From a virus, in IMG/VR virus record IMGVR_UViG_3300009060_000001, positions 3,826-67,825 of that record: DNA of 64,000 nt, one strand, 5' to 3'. This document shows positions 21,401-30,385 of the stretch, piece by piece; position 1 is the stretch's first letter; each line of letters opens with the position of its first letter. The notes beneath the pieces are model-generated. The model was not told the DNA's origin. It made no database searches and saw only the letters and a list, made by a program, of their open reading frames with translations. The position numbers and the translations under genes were made by a program.

Positions 21401-23562
21401 TCCGGACTCATATTTTGATATTCTTCCGGAGAGAGAAATTCCCGGCCGGTTACATCCACATTTGATTGTGGGGACCGTTGGCCGGTGGGCTGGCCAGCTT
21501 CTTCGGCTGGAGCTACCTGTTGAGCTTGGCTGGCCGATTGACCTTTTGCTTGCTGGCTGGTATTGGAAGAATATCCTTTGCCATAGGCTTGCTTCCGGCG
21601 ATTGATAGACTCGTTGGTTTCTTGGGGCTGGGGGCCTTTCTGGTTTTGCTTTATTTTAAGCTTGATGGCTTCCTGACGATTTTCGGCCATCTGTTTATGG
21701 ATGTTCTGTTCTATAATAGACAACCGCGACAAGGCCATATCGTGATTCAACGTAGGTTTTTTATCTTTTTCACGTTGGATCTTCTCTTGTTCAATCCGTT
21801 GCTTCTCTGATTCTACCGCTTTAAGCTGCTCTTGAATTGATCCATCGGTAGGGATCGATATTGTTACTCCACGCTTAGGACTGTTTTTGGTTTGGTCCGG
21901 CCCCTCATGTTGCTGCTGCTGTCCTTCGGAATCTAATTGCTGTTGCGCTGCCATAGACTCTGCGACAGTCCCAAAAGTAAAAGTAGTTGTACCTCCTACT
22001 GCGGATCCAACAGCGGTGGCTTCGGGAACTCCATCCATTAAATTGCGATCGGGATCCCATCCGTATTTGGCTCCTACATTGCCCATTACCTGTTGAACAC
22101 CTTCGGTCAATCCTTCGATTGAGGATTGTTTCCCGGAACTTTTTAGGAGCATATAAAACCTTCGTGATAACGATTGGCCCACTTCTTTCGTTATTTCTTC
22201 TTTAGCTGCCTTACCTAATCCTGATTTTGCCAGCGCATCTTCTACGTATTTAAAAAGATAGCGATCGGCAATACCTTCAAATACAGCCGAAGCCATTCCG
22301 GAAGCAACGGCCAATGCTTTCTCGCCTTCGGTGGCTTTACGGCCTTCTTTTTCGGCGGTCTTGCGCATATCTTTAAGTTGTGATCCAATCTCAATAGGGG
22401 CAGCTCCAGCGGTAGCTGCAAGTAATTCCCCGGCAGTACTCACCGGGCCAAGGACTTTCATTGCTCCGATGCCTGGTAACATGGAAGGAGCCGTTTCACC
22501 GGCCTTGGCTGCCAGCCAAGATGGAAGGAGCGCTGGGTTCTGCCATATATCTTCTAAGGTTTTCCCTTTCAGATTTCGATTTATCCGGATTTTATCTTCT
22601 TCACCTAAAGACTCAAAATAATCCGCTGCTTTCTTAAAATTTTCGCGCATTTTTTTTGTTGTCTTATCCGGACCGTTTAATGGTGAATCAAACGGATCAA
22701 AATAAAACTGTCCCAAAAATTCAGCGGTTTGTGATGGAAGCACACTCACAATTCCGCGAGCTACACCTTTTGCAGCTTCGGTGGCTACCCCAGGATCAGG
22801 CCAATGTATATTTTTTACGGTATTCTTATACTCTGTTGGCGTTATTTTTCCAGAAACAAGATCCTGTTTTGCTTCTTTCATTTGCAGCTCGGCCAAGGCT
22901 TCCTGTTTTGTACGCTCTCGCCTTTTCTTTTTTATACGGCGCTCATCTTGCCCCTGCCAGTGCAGGGCTCCAGTTTTGGATATACGGGGTTGCCCAGGTC
23001 CTTTGGACATATCATTCATGGCTTGGCCAGCTTGTTCGTGCTGGGCCTTTTGATAGGCTTCCATCGAATCATATTGATCCAACGATTCTGTTGAGTCGAA
23101 CGCAGCATTGGCTGATTGTTCAACATCAAGATCCAACTGGCGCAGATGCTTGGGAATATCCATGCCGGTAAGTCCCAATGCCATTCCCTTATCCTGTTCT
23201 CCGGGTTTTATTTGACCGGTTAGAATACCTTCAAACTGATTTAGGTTCTTCGGAATGCCATGTATGCGCCCTTGGGATTGCTGATCCATCAAGAACTGAT
23301 GGAATTTTTTTCGGTATCCCGGATCCTGAAACCATTGCTGAAACTTACCATAGTCCTCCGGGACTCCTTCCATTGGAGTGTTAGATTGAACTTTAATTAG
23401 CTCGTCATGGAGAATCTTTAATCTGTCGGAACCATCCGATGTACCCTGCCCATTAATATCCGGCTTACTAGCTGTCGAATCTTTGGAAGATGAAGTATCA
23501 GTGGAAGCATTGGCTTCCCCGTTTGTTTTCTTTTTTTTTGTTTCTTCTTTATCAGATCCCAT
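12478..23562 (-). CDS. Giant polyvalent internal virion / ejection protein (RadC-JAB, ddrB-like ParB, metallopeptidase, LPD38-like)
   Basis: 3694 aa. HNHPSGNLKSSRAD (JAB, about 18560); YAVLEARDLQASH..QPRDR..GEVIQGNGR (ParB-like, about 17100-17340); VFHEAAH (about 15780); C-terminal LPD38-like region. Confidence 0.8.
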   Translation of the reverse strand: MGSDKEETKKKKTNGEANASTDTSSSKDSTASKPDINGQGTSDGSDRLKILHDELIKVQSNTPMEGVPEDYGKFQQWFQDPGYRKKFHQFLMDQQSQGRIHGIPKNLNQFEGILTGQIKPGEQDKGMALGLTGMDIPKHLRQLDLDVEQSANAAFDSTESLDQYDSMEAYQKAQHEQAGQAMNDMSKGPGQPRISKTGALHWQGQDERRIKKKRRERTKQEALAELQMKEAKQDLVSGKITPTEYKNTVKNIHWPDPGVATEAAKGVARGIVSVLPSQTAEFLGQFYFDPFDSPLNGPDKTTKKMRENFKKAADYFESLGEEDKIRINRNLKGKTLEDIWQNPALLPSWLAAKAGETAPSMLPGIGAMKVLGPVSTAGELLAATAGAAPIEIGSQLKDMRKTAEKEGRKATEGEKALAVASGMASAVFEGIADRYLFKYVEDALAKSGLGKAAKEEITKEVGQSLSRRFYMLLKSSGKQSSIEGLTEGVQQVMGNVGAKYGWDPDRNLMDGVPEATAVGSAVGGTTTFTFGTVAESMAAQQQLDSEGQQQQHEGPDQTKNSPKRGVTISIPTDGSIQEQLKAVESEKQRIEQEKIQREKDKKPTLNHDMALSRLSIIEQNIHKQMAENRQEAIKLKIKQNQKGPQPQETNESINRRKQAYGKGYSSNTSQQAKGQSASQAQQVAPAEEAGQPTGQRSPQSNVDVTGREFLSPEEYQNMSPEEQKTYNKPIKQDVEQPSGKSIQLDSGLVPYAKAATSMGYEINSGDSGLQVDHPGSRNESGAPKSRGTQGHMVFNETSDPQRNANVKSAARQAGLNIEQQEAPQKPGIKISLPYTRDGSSQQEIYTEANQITDARNPDLKDHNFQLWQTRRNSILEEEVIPDHGGVQNYNDQQVLDHWEKFTQELEKNSGYSPDQRATSNINEDADLNTQIKQITEETDRILRNRDIAETRGEPTEEFDKSIRQLQQRRNEIHNQQLQQMRDQQAQQGTIEDVMGDQVTMGDYSGTLTQDSEGNIVIDTGDNQIVEVPDTYKDTSTKLSDTELQRATQPPVRTMQLTDPKTDQFQLTETDRLTGEPQQTKNYSWLSSNTNDAGEVQSVTMADEDGNRRTFRDPDIVEQVMWQQYFGRGTQPNVDPEAFTQAVDQAHRELTPQGVNTSEFRLDDGDPRMTTVFDKFDQGQPLTEAEQIRALDWIDEKTQQLQQSGANNAPQLFNQLIAFENEIIDNNPQPNNQQQQSIDENQNEVPGSSQEQTDANTGQSEQQANQGVELTDSARKLIRDYQQNPNMPDMVMSDVKEGETWQEQVAKENGITPTEDMTTGDLVNKLLDRAGEKSIELKPHHQMPEEYVQHRIDELPDGMSEEEISNLIDNKFIPEHKTAVAQALEDNRPVSEEILSAYPDLLESTTKDLDNKEIPPEETPRRHTETMTKEKFREQLNNNADITAEQVDGIINLISQRARVWAEQNGRDEAEYWKRRLAGITKQPPITDGQANEVIESYGDDINSMQDVGNRLEEKTGVSYSENGNYVQLPDGRIMEYQSARQLGFFDENPNEPAPEETIPAHPGMREITQGDNLEFTMQERQYIPWDNIKPVSRNQQVRTDADIAFMFSQLENAAIEQGYIVGIDRNGEAIILNVGMGGPAHSAIDHTAVTDFVQRYDIQEVTLVHNHPSGNLKSSRADLSMHKKIKERLPAGVRMRDSIIINRNSGLYGVFDEVGPKGTSDVPTVEQRAESLEGPYATTSRDVPVFSWGRFKNTKNYSPPGERFQITSPGEVAQFIESRKFSLADKYSAILLNHQKEVIGFLHMKNQPQIGMAREGIGHSKFATELRTYMDRSGATSSVLVSNLSPKDFRLHKGYFGELSKSFSKSGDGLADVLTVQPGEGSRRTYDSMRASGVLESRTDYKAFQEPVNLYDGMPGKQAISFDNDERAIIHLFENEDDFETIVRQLGKVFRRDLPEDDLHRMEAWLNVEDGKWTPQHEEKFATRFVKYLADGKAPNEEVKGLFTRFKEWLQNIYQSLSQQDDAVIINKDQRRIFDRLFSSPIEEVRNSDSVFKQNGSDIKISFKPDGSEDHPGHYAVLEARDLQASHNTDGSLNSKHVISKGQPRDRRGRKYIAQHKQIAQKLNPDSITGNDLAFYGAPITNARGEVIQGNGRSISLQLAYSENPGKAQNYKGYLVTQAERFGLDKNQVAQMKRPVLVRVMDVNDKEAIRLGNIKNTAEARLDPIDEAKASVRNLPEADRQKIGRIIDSSDAETIRSILDDVGPRIVDLLPDIDRSEFLDNENKITVKGKDFMADVFRSLIFDSDTGRDTIRKFSEMPHDVIRGIERSYGTLIRYLNTPADLSTTLQNAVDIVWNVRKNKSMKTASDFVNQQDVFSQGNEAYTNQEVQLAQILLDVQRPSSAIMKQLGTTGTQTAIRTLIRNYANRIDGETNLFERFETPGNTEAGAKQAFEEAFRPNQSQQQEGGGQEQQRSPAKDKSGSKNITPTVNMASRNSGIDHIRDLQPQGDYDIAWADVDQIKSKKAKQLAKKIKNDPDGSEVGMRSIINFLNDAVGIEMRVGKVNTTTRNPAHYQHSARLVRAREPGDVAVFHEAAHGIHHQIQDVHPDFLEQFDWDQIKEPLEEAGISRASADSPAEYFAEWARSYILNPEFTSSLDLTTNLVNAMKADAPELLDNLQDAARLYKLHSERGPVAMLRAANKDTGPDPNPLTEKAKDVFDRFTFTALGRNWAIHQWERDAVYKAFTDIYDDNNEGKQKAREFMKDIRETKADFRLAHQITNRIPGIAKDALHGSGLKIMSTGDGVIATQDQIDQLREAGFNISDELENKLTDPAGEHGNQIVLHDLPIEETLQKIGKDAWPQFEFYSQYKVSLERLIKKLAPYTGITEVKPSVVAQKVNEFEQANPEWKGYFNEINDYMDKLLLTGYLGGDKSLGEAIRMKSAYEFYMPLLKDVEGKGENTTRDKTIPEADAGFRGVKGGDHPMLPLLKAIQQRTYQVVDAYYQNRAMLAPIYMAEEMNRRDDIPMEAKVPINRLVSPIQLDTKKVADLKPEEMAKVVADYLNNQRREEAAASMGVDPSEVMQPNPIKPEQINIASTGMPIWRGADPQGINIIAAKRNGARVFYQLKNPYMYDYFARTEKTGGAAKFWNTIAKATAPWKKSITNTLDFIGRNLPRDASTGAYFGLPPEYTVDDQTVGDFMKSITPGYYFASGMLAKLTGNDETDVVDTELLSRTMYDSISEERQFNESRFKQILKEGLFPQNWDKMDWKDKAAHYTFVAPNVLLNKPFHLFMEATGMSRLSTAVEEAPRIGAYLQMKHMGHSDEAAMMAHDFVSGNFGERPGNSTIHAAYRAGGFINPSTQIFSETLHRLVHPDSRIRWQQGLRLGMGVAVPTAIAWAISTAATPEKRRKELENRTNQERKNYMPLFGAYRVPFDYGPTGAIQAFTWISLDNAANKSKLPAGEFAKTVLSRMGDTPVSGGLSPIFQMAVGPQLTSLIEGAVNYQFYWKEPIVPPWLQEYPPEQQAFTTTPNFYKTLGKISHMSPLKIQHVVNNVTGNLLGRALEFKDKIARGEPITAADIPLGGKLVQRTPDGWYSQSTQKITDLDQKFQSLKRSRDDLEKANTGNPEDIKRIRQLDMQIRKLAQFHKTANTLQQLYKQVKELRKNKNWQQADQLEKQMTEIAASILAQSGTVKTD

Positions 23563-23565
23563 CTA

Positions 23566-24927
23566 TTACCGATTTCCAGAGTTTGAATTATCATTCTGGC
23601 CATATTGCAGCATTTCTCCGTTTTGATAGGTTTGGAACGCTCGGCCAGGATTGCCCATATCCGATTGATTATTGTCGGGATTTTCGGGGCCTTGGGGGGC
23701 TTTGTTTAAACTTATCCTATTATAAAACTTATACGCTGTTATCATTTCATCCGGCATATCCAACTGTTGCATTTTAACAAGGATGGCGCGCTGGGAATCT
23801 GCTGGTGCATGGGTTTCGGGAAGTTGCTTGGCATTCATTCCTTCTTTTTGCAATTCTCCAAAGCTGGTTGCATTCAGCTCCAACTGCCGGGCAACACCTT
23901 GAATAAATTTCAGGTTTTTATATTCGGTTTTTGTTTCTTCGGGAACAGCCTTGTTAACATCGCCGTTGTCCAGAAAAATCTGATCTTCCAGTTGGTTAAT
24001 GCGTTTATTTTGGGCTTTCATATACAGTGGAACGAATTCCTTCACATAGTCGGGCTGGGCATAAGATGGCCAATCGGAATCCTTATTAGCATTATCACTT
24101 GTTTTAATTTTAGCATTCGCATTAACGCGAGCTTTCTCTAACCCATATTTCAGCTCATCTTCGTTGCGCTGGGTTTCGTATTTTTGAGTTATTTTTTCGC
24201 GCGCAGTTTTCCCCTTTTCTCTCATCTGTTCGCGATTATTAAGCTGGGTTTGTTGATAACCCTCCCGGCCCAATGTAGAAACAAATTGATTTCGAAAATT
24301 ACGATCCTGCTCGGCTCGTTTCTTTTTATCCTCTAGAGCCTTGGCTTTCATATAAACCCCTTTAGCCTTATCAGCAGCATCTAAATCCTGTTGGGCTTTA
24401 TCTCTAAGGGCTTGGGCATCATCACGAATCTCTGAAATGGCAGAGTTATCAGTGGCCCCCATATTGGTTCCAGCAGCTTCCATATCATTGGCAAGGCTTT
24501 CTAATCGCTTTGCCTTGTCAAGCTTTTGAGCTGCCCGGCGAGTATGCTTTTTTACTTTTTCTCGATTGCCATACAATTTGTTACGCTGCTCCTTATTAAG
24601 TAGGGCAGCTGCCAGGTTTTCTAGTCCCTGGTTAAACCCTTTCGTTGAATAAGAATATTCATTGCCGGGAATCGCATTCCCAGGAGCTTCGGGGGGCTGG
24701 ATAGGTTGTAACTTTTTAACTTCCCCGGAAAGGACAGCTAATTTTTGGGCATCTTCTGGAGTAAAAACGGTAGGCTGGCCATAAGCTTTCGTATAAACAT
24801 CTTCCGCACCTTGCATACTTTGGAGCATGGTTTCTGGATCAAATCCCAAAAGGGTTAATCCATCCTCCATTTTAGTGGGATCAATTTTCTTTTTCTTTTT
24901 CTTTTTATCGCCATCGCCAAATGCCAT
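23566..24927 (-). CDS. Putative internal virion (ejection) protein
   Basis: 453 aa, helical and charged; lies between the pilot-like and giant protein genes. Confidence 0.6.
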   Translation of the reverse strand: MAFGDGDKKKKKKKIDPTKMEDGLTLLGFDPETMLQSMQGAEDVYTKAYGQPTVFTPEDAQKLAVLSGEVKKLQPIQPPEAPGNAIPGNEYSYSTKGFNQGLENLAAALLNKEQRNKLYGNREKVKKHTRRAAQKLDKAKRLESLANDMEAAGTNMGATDNSAISEIRDDAQALRDKAQQDLDAADKAKGVYMKAKALEDKKKRAEQDRNFRNQFVSTLGREGYQQTQLNNREQMREKGKTAREKITQKYETQRNEDELKYGLEKARVNANAKIKTSDNANKDSDWPSYAQPDYVKEFVPLYMKAQNKRINQLEDQIFLDNGDVNKAVPEETKTEYKNLKFIQGVARQLELNATSFGELQKEGMNAKQLPETHAPADSQRAILVKMQQLDMPDEMITAYKFYNRISLNKAPQGPENPDNNQSDMGNPGRAFQTYQNGEMLQYGQNDNSNSGNR

Positions 24928-24929
24928 AA

Positions 24930-25646
24930 TTATCCTCCTTTTACGCCCATAGCTGCAATGTTAGCTCCATTTCCAAGCGCATCCATAAACATTTGTTTGT
25001 CTGCGGTAGATTTTCGCGCGGAACGCGAGTATGCTTTTTCAGCTGCCCCGGAAAGTGCAGCAAATTGGTTCTGGCGAGCACCAAGGACACTCTGATACAG
25101 ATTGGATTTTCTATTTTTGGCATTTTCTTCGCGCTGCAAATTCATGCGCGTTACCCGATCATTATATTCATTCATTACATCGGTAATACTCTTATTGGAT
25201 TGCTCGGTAAGCTTGCCCAATGTCGCTTGGATTGATCCGGTAACATCTCCCCCACCGGCAGCAACGGCTTTAGCCAAGTTGGAAGCAGTTCCGGCTTCTC
25301 CAGCCTGGATCCGATCAGTTAAATTCTGGATCGATTGGCCATATACTTGTTCAGCTGTATCGTTATAGCTGGTTTTCATATTGTCGGCCAAGCCAAGCGT
25401 ACTTGCTATCTGTTGATCGAATTTTTGTTGGGATTTTGCGCGCGCAGCATCTATTCGTTGAGCACGATCACGTAATCTTCTTCGCTGTTTCCCTCCTAAA
25501 ATATATTGAAGCCCACCCCCTATGGCGGATCCTGCTGCCAAGGCTGCGAGCATTCCTATAATGGCATGGTTAACCGGGAATCCATAGTTAGGCCCCCAAA
25601 GGAACACCTCTAAGGCGTGTTTTAAAAAATGAATTACATCAGTCAT
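24930..25646 (-). CDS. Putative ejection/pilot protein
   Basis: Gly/Ala-rich hydrophobic N-terminus (GMLAALAAGSAIGGG) followed by coiled coil. Confidence 0.55.
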   Translation of the reverse strand: MTDVIHFLKHALEVFLWGPNYGFPVNHAIIGMLAALAAGSAIGGGLQYILGGKQRRRLRDRAQRIDAARAKSQQKFDQQIASTLGLADNMKTSYNDTAEQVYGQSIQNLTDRIQAGEAGTASNLAKAVAAGGGDVTGSIQATLGKLTEQSNKSITDVMNEYNDRVTRMNLQREENAKNRKSNLYQSVLGARQNQFAALSGAAEKAYSRSARKSTADKQMFMDALGNGANIAAMGVKGG

Positions 25647-25651
25647 AATAG

Positions 25652-28600
25652 TTATTGCCTTGCTTTTCCTAGGTTTGGCAGTTTAAAATATTTCATATCT
25701 ACGCTAGAAATGAAACCATCGCCATCGCCGGTGATATTTATCCGCATTTTAGGCATTATTGCTCTCTTATGAAACTGAAAGCTGTTACCCGAAATATCAG
25801 CTACTTCTACCGGTGAAGAATCATCAGCGGAGAATGCTTTGCTCCAGCTGTTCGTATTAGATTCCAAACGTTCGCGCTGCAAGTCGAGTTCTACTTGCAC
25901 GTTATATGCCTGGCCCCCTACGTCAACTTCCAAGATTTTAAATTGAGTCCGCGGATTTCCCAAATGTTTTGTTGTCATACTGCCTTGGATGTAATAGGAA
26001 TCCGAAGCTCCTTGGCCAACATCATCATAAACGCTTAAAAGATCCCCGTAGCACACATCGCCACCAATGGCCAGGATAACATTGTCATGGGCATAGACTC
26101 CATGCCTTACATTGCTACTTATTTGCGGTCCATCATAAACAAACGTTCTTACGGCTTGATCTTCATAATCGTAAACCAATACATGATCGCTGTCAAATAT
26201 AAACCAAAATTCAGATCGAGCCCTATTTACAAAAGATGCTTTCAGATCATTAGCTAAGAAGTCGTATTCCAAGTTGTCAACGATTTTCTGTGGTTTAGAT
26301 GCTCCGGAAATTATTTCAAGGCCATCTTCACTATGCAACACAACATAATCGCCTAATCGCTGGGCTCCTTCGCGGCTGCGGAGATGAAATCCTTCGTAGA
26401 ATTTCTCAATATCTTTTTTGTATGCCCCCCCTTGGTCAACTAGGTAAGCCATCTGGAGATTACGATCGGTAACGATAAGAAATTGATAGCGCATCAACGT
26501 TTTATCAATATCAAACTTTAATGGGATTGCCCGTTTTATTTCAGCCTGATCCTGAATGGGTTTTTGGCCAGGGATCTCAAATTGCTGGAAGGGAATCCCT
26601 ACAATAATATAATTTTGTAAATCAACCGATTCTAAAATATCCGATCCCGTTGGAGCATTAAAGGTAGATGCCTGAATATCGTCCAGTTGGCTGGTAGTAT
26701 TTGGTAAATCAATAATTTTGCCATGAGCTCCGGCATCTCTGATCCCTATCTCTTTGATTAGATGAAAATGCTTTGTGCCATCATTCGTCCTTCCTAATAC
26801 ATATACCTTGCTAACTAGATTGTTTAAACTATGTATTTGAAGCCTATTGGCATTTACTTCGGAAGCCGATCCGCTGGGAACAGTCCCGGCATCTCCACCA
26901 CCGATAGAGTCTGTTGCTGCCGTAGTTACCCCGACATCGCCAGTTACATCGATAACCAATCCGTTACCCACTGTACCATACTGTCGGTATGCTAATTGGC
27001 ATTTCCAGGTTCCATCGCCATTATCAACCTTCGTTGCCTTCCATTCAAAATCGATCGCCGGAGTATTTTGGATCTCGGCAATATATTTATCGACAATTCC
27101 TTCAAGAGTATCAGTATCAGCAATGGTAATGGGATTCGTTGCGTTGCCATCAATGCTTATCGTGTGATCCTCTGTGGATCCTCCAGAAAGGGCATTGGCT
27201 GTTACATCTATTCCACCAATAGCTTGCTGGCAGCCATCGGATCCTCCAGCAGTATAGCCAGTTTTTAAATCGCGGAACGATTCCCCTGGAGCTGCTACCT
27301 TAAAAGTATCTATGGCTATTTTATTTTGGGCTATGCGAACAATGAATTGAATATCATTCCAAGATGTTCCTGGCTGGTCAGCTTCAACGATTACTCCTGG
27401 ATAGTCTGTGCCATTAATCGTAAATGTAGTTGATAATGCACTCCAATCCTGGGAGATTGTAGGATCGCTATTAATCGCTCCATACAACTGCGAAGCAATC
27501 ACTTCCAAGGGCTCTGATCCATAGATAGTTAGCCCATTTTGCAGCTGACTGCCATCAATCTCAAAATCTAATGTTCCCTGATCGCTGCCACTCATTCGAT
27601 TATTTACTACTGCAATAAATCCTTTAGCCGGTACGCCTTGCGGATTTTGAGCTCCAGACAAAGAAGGATCCTGGGTATCAAATGTAACACCTGGACCATC
27701 GGTTCCCCCAGCCGTTTGCGCATCGGCAGCTACGGTAACGTCCACCGAGGGCCTGGAAAAACCGATCGTTGTGCCATTATCAGAAGCGCCTGGAGTATCG
27801 CTGGTAATCAAGCAGCGCCAATTTCCCCCACCTATATCCACCTTGCTGGCAGTCCAATTAGCGGAGATCGTTCCATTGCCATTTAATTGAGCAACATATT
27901 TATCCACGATCCCTTCCAGCGTATCGGTTTCTACGACCGTAATAGCTGCGGTAGTCGTAGCTCCAACGGTTATTGTATGATCTTCTTGGCCATCATCTCC
28001 GCCAGCTGTGGGGGTTTGCACAGCCACCGTAACATCAACATCTCCGGAGATGCTTAAAACACTGCCATCCCAGGATGAGTTGGTTACATTAGAAGATAAT
28101 AAGCATCGCCAGGTTCCATCGCCATTATCTACTTTAGAAGCAGTCCAATCAGCAGAAATTGTTCCATCACCATTAATTGCGCTCACGTATTTGTCAACGA
28201 TTCCTTCAAGGGTATCAGTATCATTGATCGTTATAGCACCGGTCGCATTCCCATCAATAGTTAAGGTATGATTTTCCGAAGAACTAGCTGCCAGATTATT
28301 GGCCGTGACATCATAATAGCCTTCCGATGGGCTGGCTGCCAGAGCATTAGCTGTTACATCAATATTAGCCGTAGAAGCAATTGGAACGGGTTCAATGTTA
28401 ACGACATCGTTATTAAAAGATTCCCCAAAGCGCTTTTCAGTATATTGTACTTGGTCGGCTTGGGGAGTGGTAGCTGTTATCCGCATAGTGGCCGAAGCTA
28501 CTACGGCTGCGCGGATAGCTTCGGCTACATCGGGCGGAGTAGCTTGATTAACCGTATTGAGAGATACCGTAACCGTTATCCCTTGATAGGTTACAGTAAG

Positions 28601-30385
28601 ATCCCCATCAACCTGGCATCCCTGGGTAACGGTATGGAATCCCGATGCTTTGGTTTGATCGCAAGCGACCGGCGTAGTTGAGCTAGTCGATCCTTTCTGC
28701 AAATATTCGTTTGTTTCAACGATATTTGATCGTTTTCCATCGCTATACTCAAACATAAAAGCCAACGCCATATTATTAGAGAGCTGTGTAGTGGGAGTTA
28801 TATTAACATAAATATTCTCCTGGCTGGCAGTGGCCGGGTTTGTGTAAACGCTGGGAATAGGCCGATTTACTTCGTATCCGGCCATCATAAGGCTTCCTTC
28901 AAATGGAGCTATGGAATTAGGTTTTATTTGTCCTGGTCCAAAAAGATCAGAAACCCCTCCAGACATAGGAAATTCTTCAATTAAGGGACGTAATAATTTA
29001 TCGTCAATAGTTGAGTCTTGGAGAACTGTTTTATTCTTATCTACCTCCCGAATTATAAAAAATGGAGAGTTTTCATATCCCGGGGAGCTTGGAGTAAAAG
29101 CTTGTTCTGGAGAGGCTTTCCACCGCGTAGCACAAAGAAATCGTACAAACACATTGGATGAAGCCGGAGAAACGGTAAACTTTATTTTTACAGATCCATT
29201 ATCATATATTTCTGATGCTTGAAGCTCTGCTTGGTAGGGCCTTCCAGGCAGAGCAATAGAGCCATCATTAAGTTGATCCAATAAAAAGTATCCGCGATAA
29301 ATCTTTGGGGCCGAATAATTGCTGTTCGATTCTACACTATCACCACCGGAACTTAATTGTTTATTGGCTGGTTGCCCTACCAATGATTTAAGATCCGGAT
29401 TATAGGGGAATACAATATTGCGATCAGAATAATCTTCTCCTGGAGTGCTAGGATCGCCAATTGCTGTGGTTGCTTCTATTCCTGTGGGATCTTGCCAAGT
29501 TAATGTAGAAGGGCCTACATCTGTTAATTTCGCCACATAACTTTTAAATGAAGGATCTCCATTTTCATCAAGCGGTATGTAATATTTTTCAATAACAAAC
29601 TCGGTACTGGAGCCATTTACAGTATATGATAATGGAGCATCTCCAGGGCCAAAAGTAAAAAATCGAGTGCTTTTATAATCGTTACCGGCTGCATCGGTCA
29701 GGTATTGCCCTCCCTGATATACATATCGGAAGGAATTTACATCATATTGGGATGGATCCAATACTCCTTCGGTAATATTGTCGGCCTGGGAATTGACAAT
29801 AGGAACTCCCGAAGTCCAGCTGGCATTCGGATATACAAGAACCTGTTCTCCCTTAGAAAAATTATAAAAGTTTTCATCAGTCAGCTCGCCGGTGAGAAAT
29901 GAATCCGATAAAATATAAGATTGATCGTAATTCATGAATGTAAAAGCAGAACCGGCATTAATATCATAATACTTACCCGTTCCAGCATCGTAAGAAAACG
30001 CATATAAGAATTCTCCATTATGCGTGATCTGAATTTGCTCATTCGTGGGAAAGCCAGTAAGGATTGTTGTAGAGGAATTATCGGTAATATTCCAAAGCAA
30101 AATATCACCGGCCGTATTATGAATGGCTAGAAAATCTTTCAATACTCCGCTTACCCGAGTAGCAAAAGGGTAAAGAGTAACAACGCTGCCAAAGACTGTT
30201 TTTTGTATTGTCGTTCCACCCCTGCGCTTTATACGAAGGTAAGGCCCATCGTATTCAAGGCGTACATTCCGGAGTTCCTGGAAGTTCTCCATGCGGTTGC
30301 CAGGCACTAAATTCATAAACTCCCGGGATGCCCCCTTGGAGTCCCCAATATTTTTGGACATATTTCGCAGCGCGTCTATTCCCAT
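25652..30385 (-). CDS. Tail nozzle/stabilization-like structural protein with internal repeats
   Basis: 1577 aa, beta-rich; ELRNVRLE..IKRRGG N-terminus; three DTLEGIVDKY repeats. Confidence 0.6.
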   Translation of the reverse strand: MGIDALRNMSKNIGDSKGASREFMNLVPGNRMENFQELRNVRLEYDGPYLRIKRRGGTTIQKTVFGSVVTLYPFATRVSGVLKDFLAIHNTAGDILLWNITDNSSTTILTGFPTNEQIQITHNGEFLYAFSYDAGTGKYYDINAGSAFTFMNYDQSYILSDSFLTGELTDENFYNFSKGEQVLVYPNASWTSGVPIVNSQADNITEGVLDPSQYDVNSFRYVYQGGQYLTDAAGNDYKSTRFFTFGPGDAPLSYTVNGSSTEFVIEKYYIPLDENGDPSFKSYVAKLTDVGPSTLTWQDPTGIEATTAIGDPSTPGEDYSDRNIVFPYNPDLKSLVGQPANKQLSSGGDSVESNSNYSAPKIYRGYFLLDQLNDGSIALPGRPYQAELQASEIYDNGSVKIKFTVSPASSNVFVRFLCATRWKASPEQAFTPSSPGYENSPFFIIREVDKNKTVLQDSTIDDKLLRPLIEEFPMSGGVSDLFGPGQIKPNSIAPFEGSLMMAGYEVNRPIPSVYTNPATASQENIYVNITPTTQLSNNMALAFMFEYSDGKRSNIVETNEYLQKGSTSSTTPVACDQTKASGFHTVTQGCQVDGDLTVTYQGITVTVSLNTVNQATPPDVAEAIRAAVVASATMRITATTPQADQVQYTEKRFGESFNNDVVNIEPVPIASTANIDVTANALAASPSEGYYDVTANNLAASSSENHTLTIDGNATGAITINDTDTLEGIVDKYVSAINGDGTISADWTASKVDNGDGTWRCLLSSNVTNSSWDGSVLSISGDVDVTVAVQTPTAGGDDGQEDHTITVGATTTAAITVVETDTLEGIVDKYVAQLNGNGTISANWTASKVDIGGGNWRCLITSDTPGASDNGTTIGFSRPSVDVTVAADAQTAGGTDGPGVTFDTQDPSLSGAQNPQGVPAKGFIAVVNNRMSGSDQGTLDFEIDGSQLQNGLTIYGSEPLEVIASQLYGAINSDPTISQDWSALSTTFTINGTDYPGVIVEADQPGTSWNDIQFIVRIAQNKIAIDTFKVAAPGESFRDLKTGYTAGGSDGCQQAIGGIDVTANALSGGSTEDHTISIDGNATNPITIADTDTLEGIVDKYIAEIQNTPAIDFEWKATKVDNGDGTWKCQLAYRQYGTVGNGLVIDVTGDVGVTTAATDSIGGGDAGTVPSGSASEVNANRLQIHSLNNLVSKVYVLGRTNDGTKHFHLIKEIGIRDAGAHGKIIDLPNTTSQLDDIQASTFNAPTGSDILESVDLQNYIIVGIPFQQFEIPGQKPIQDQAEIKRAIPLKFDIDKTLMRYQFLIVTDRNLQMAYLVDQGGAYKKDIEKFYEGFHLRSREGAQRLGDYVVLHSEDGLEIISGASKPQKIVDNLEYDFLANDLKASFVNRARSEFWFIFDSDHVLVYDYEDQAVRTFVYDGPQISSNVRHGVYAHDNVILAIGGDVCYGDLLSVYDDVGQGASDSYYIQGSMTTKHLGNPRTQFKILEVDVGGQAYNVQVELDLQRERLESNTNSWSKAFSADDSSPVEVADISGNSFQFHKRAIMPKMRINITGDGDGFISSVDMKYFKLPNLGKARQ

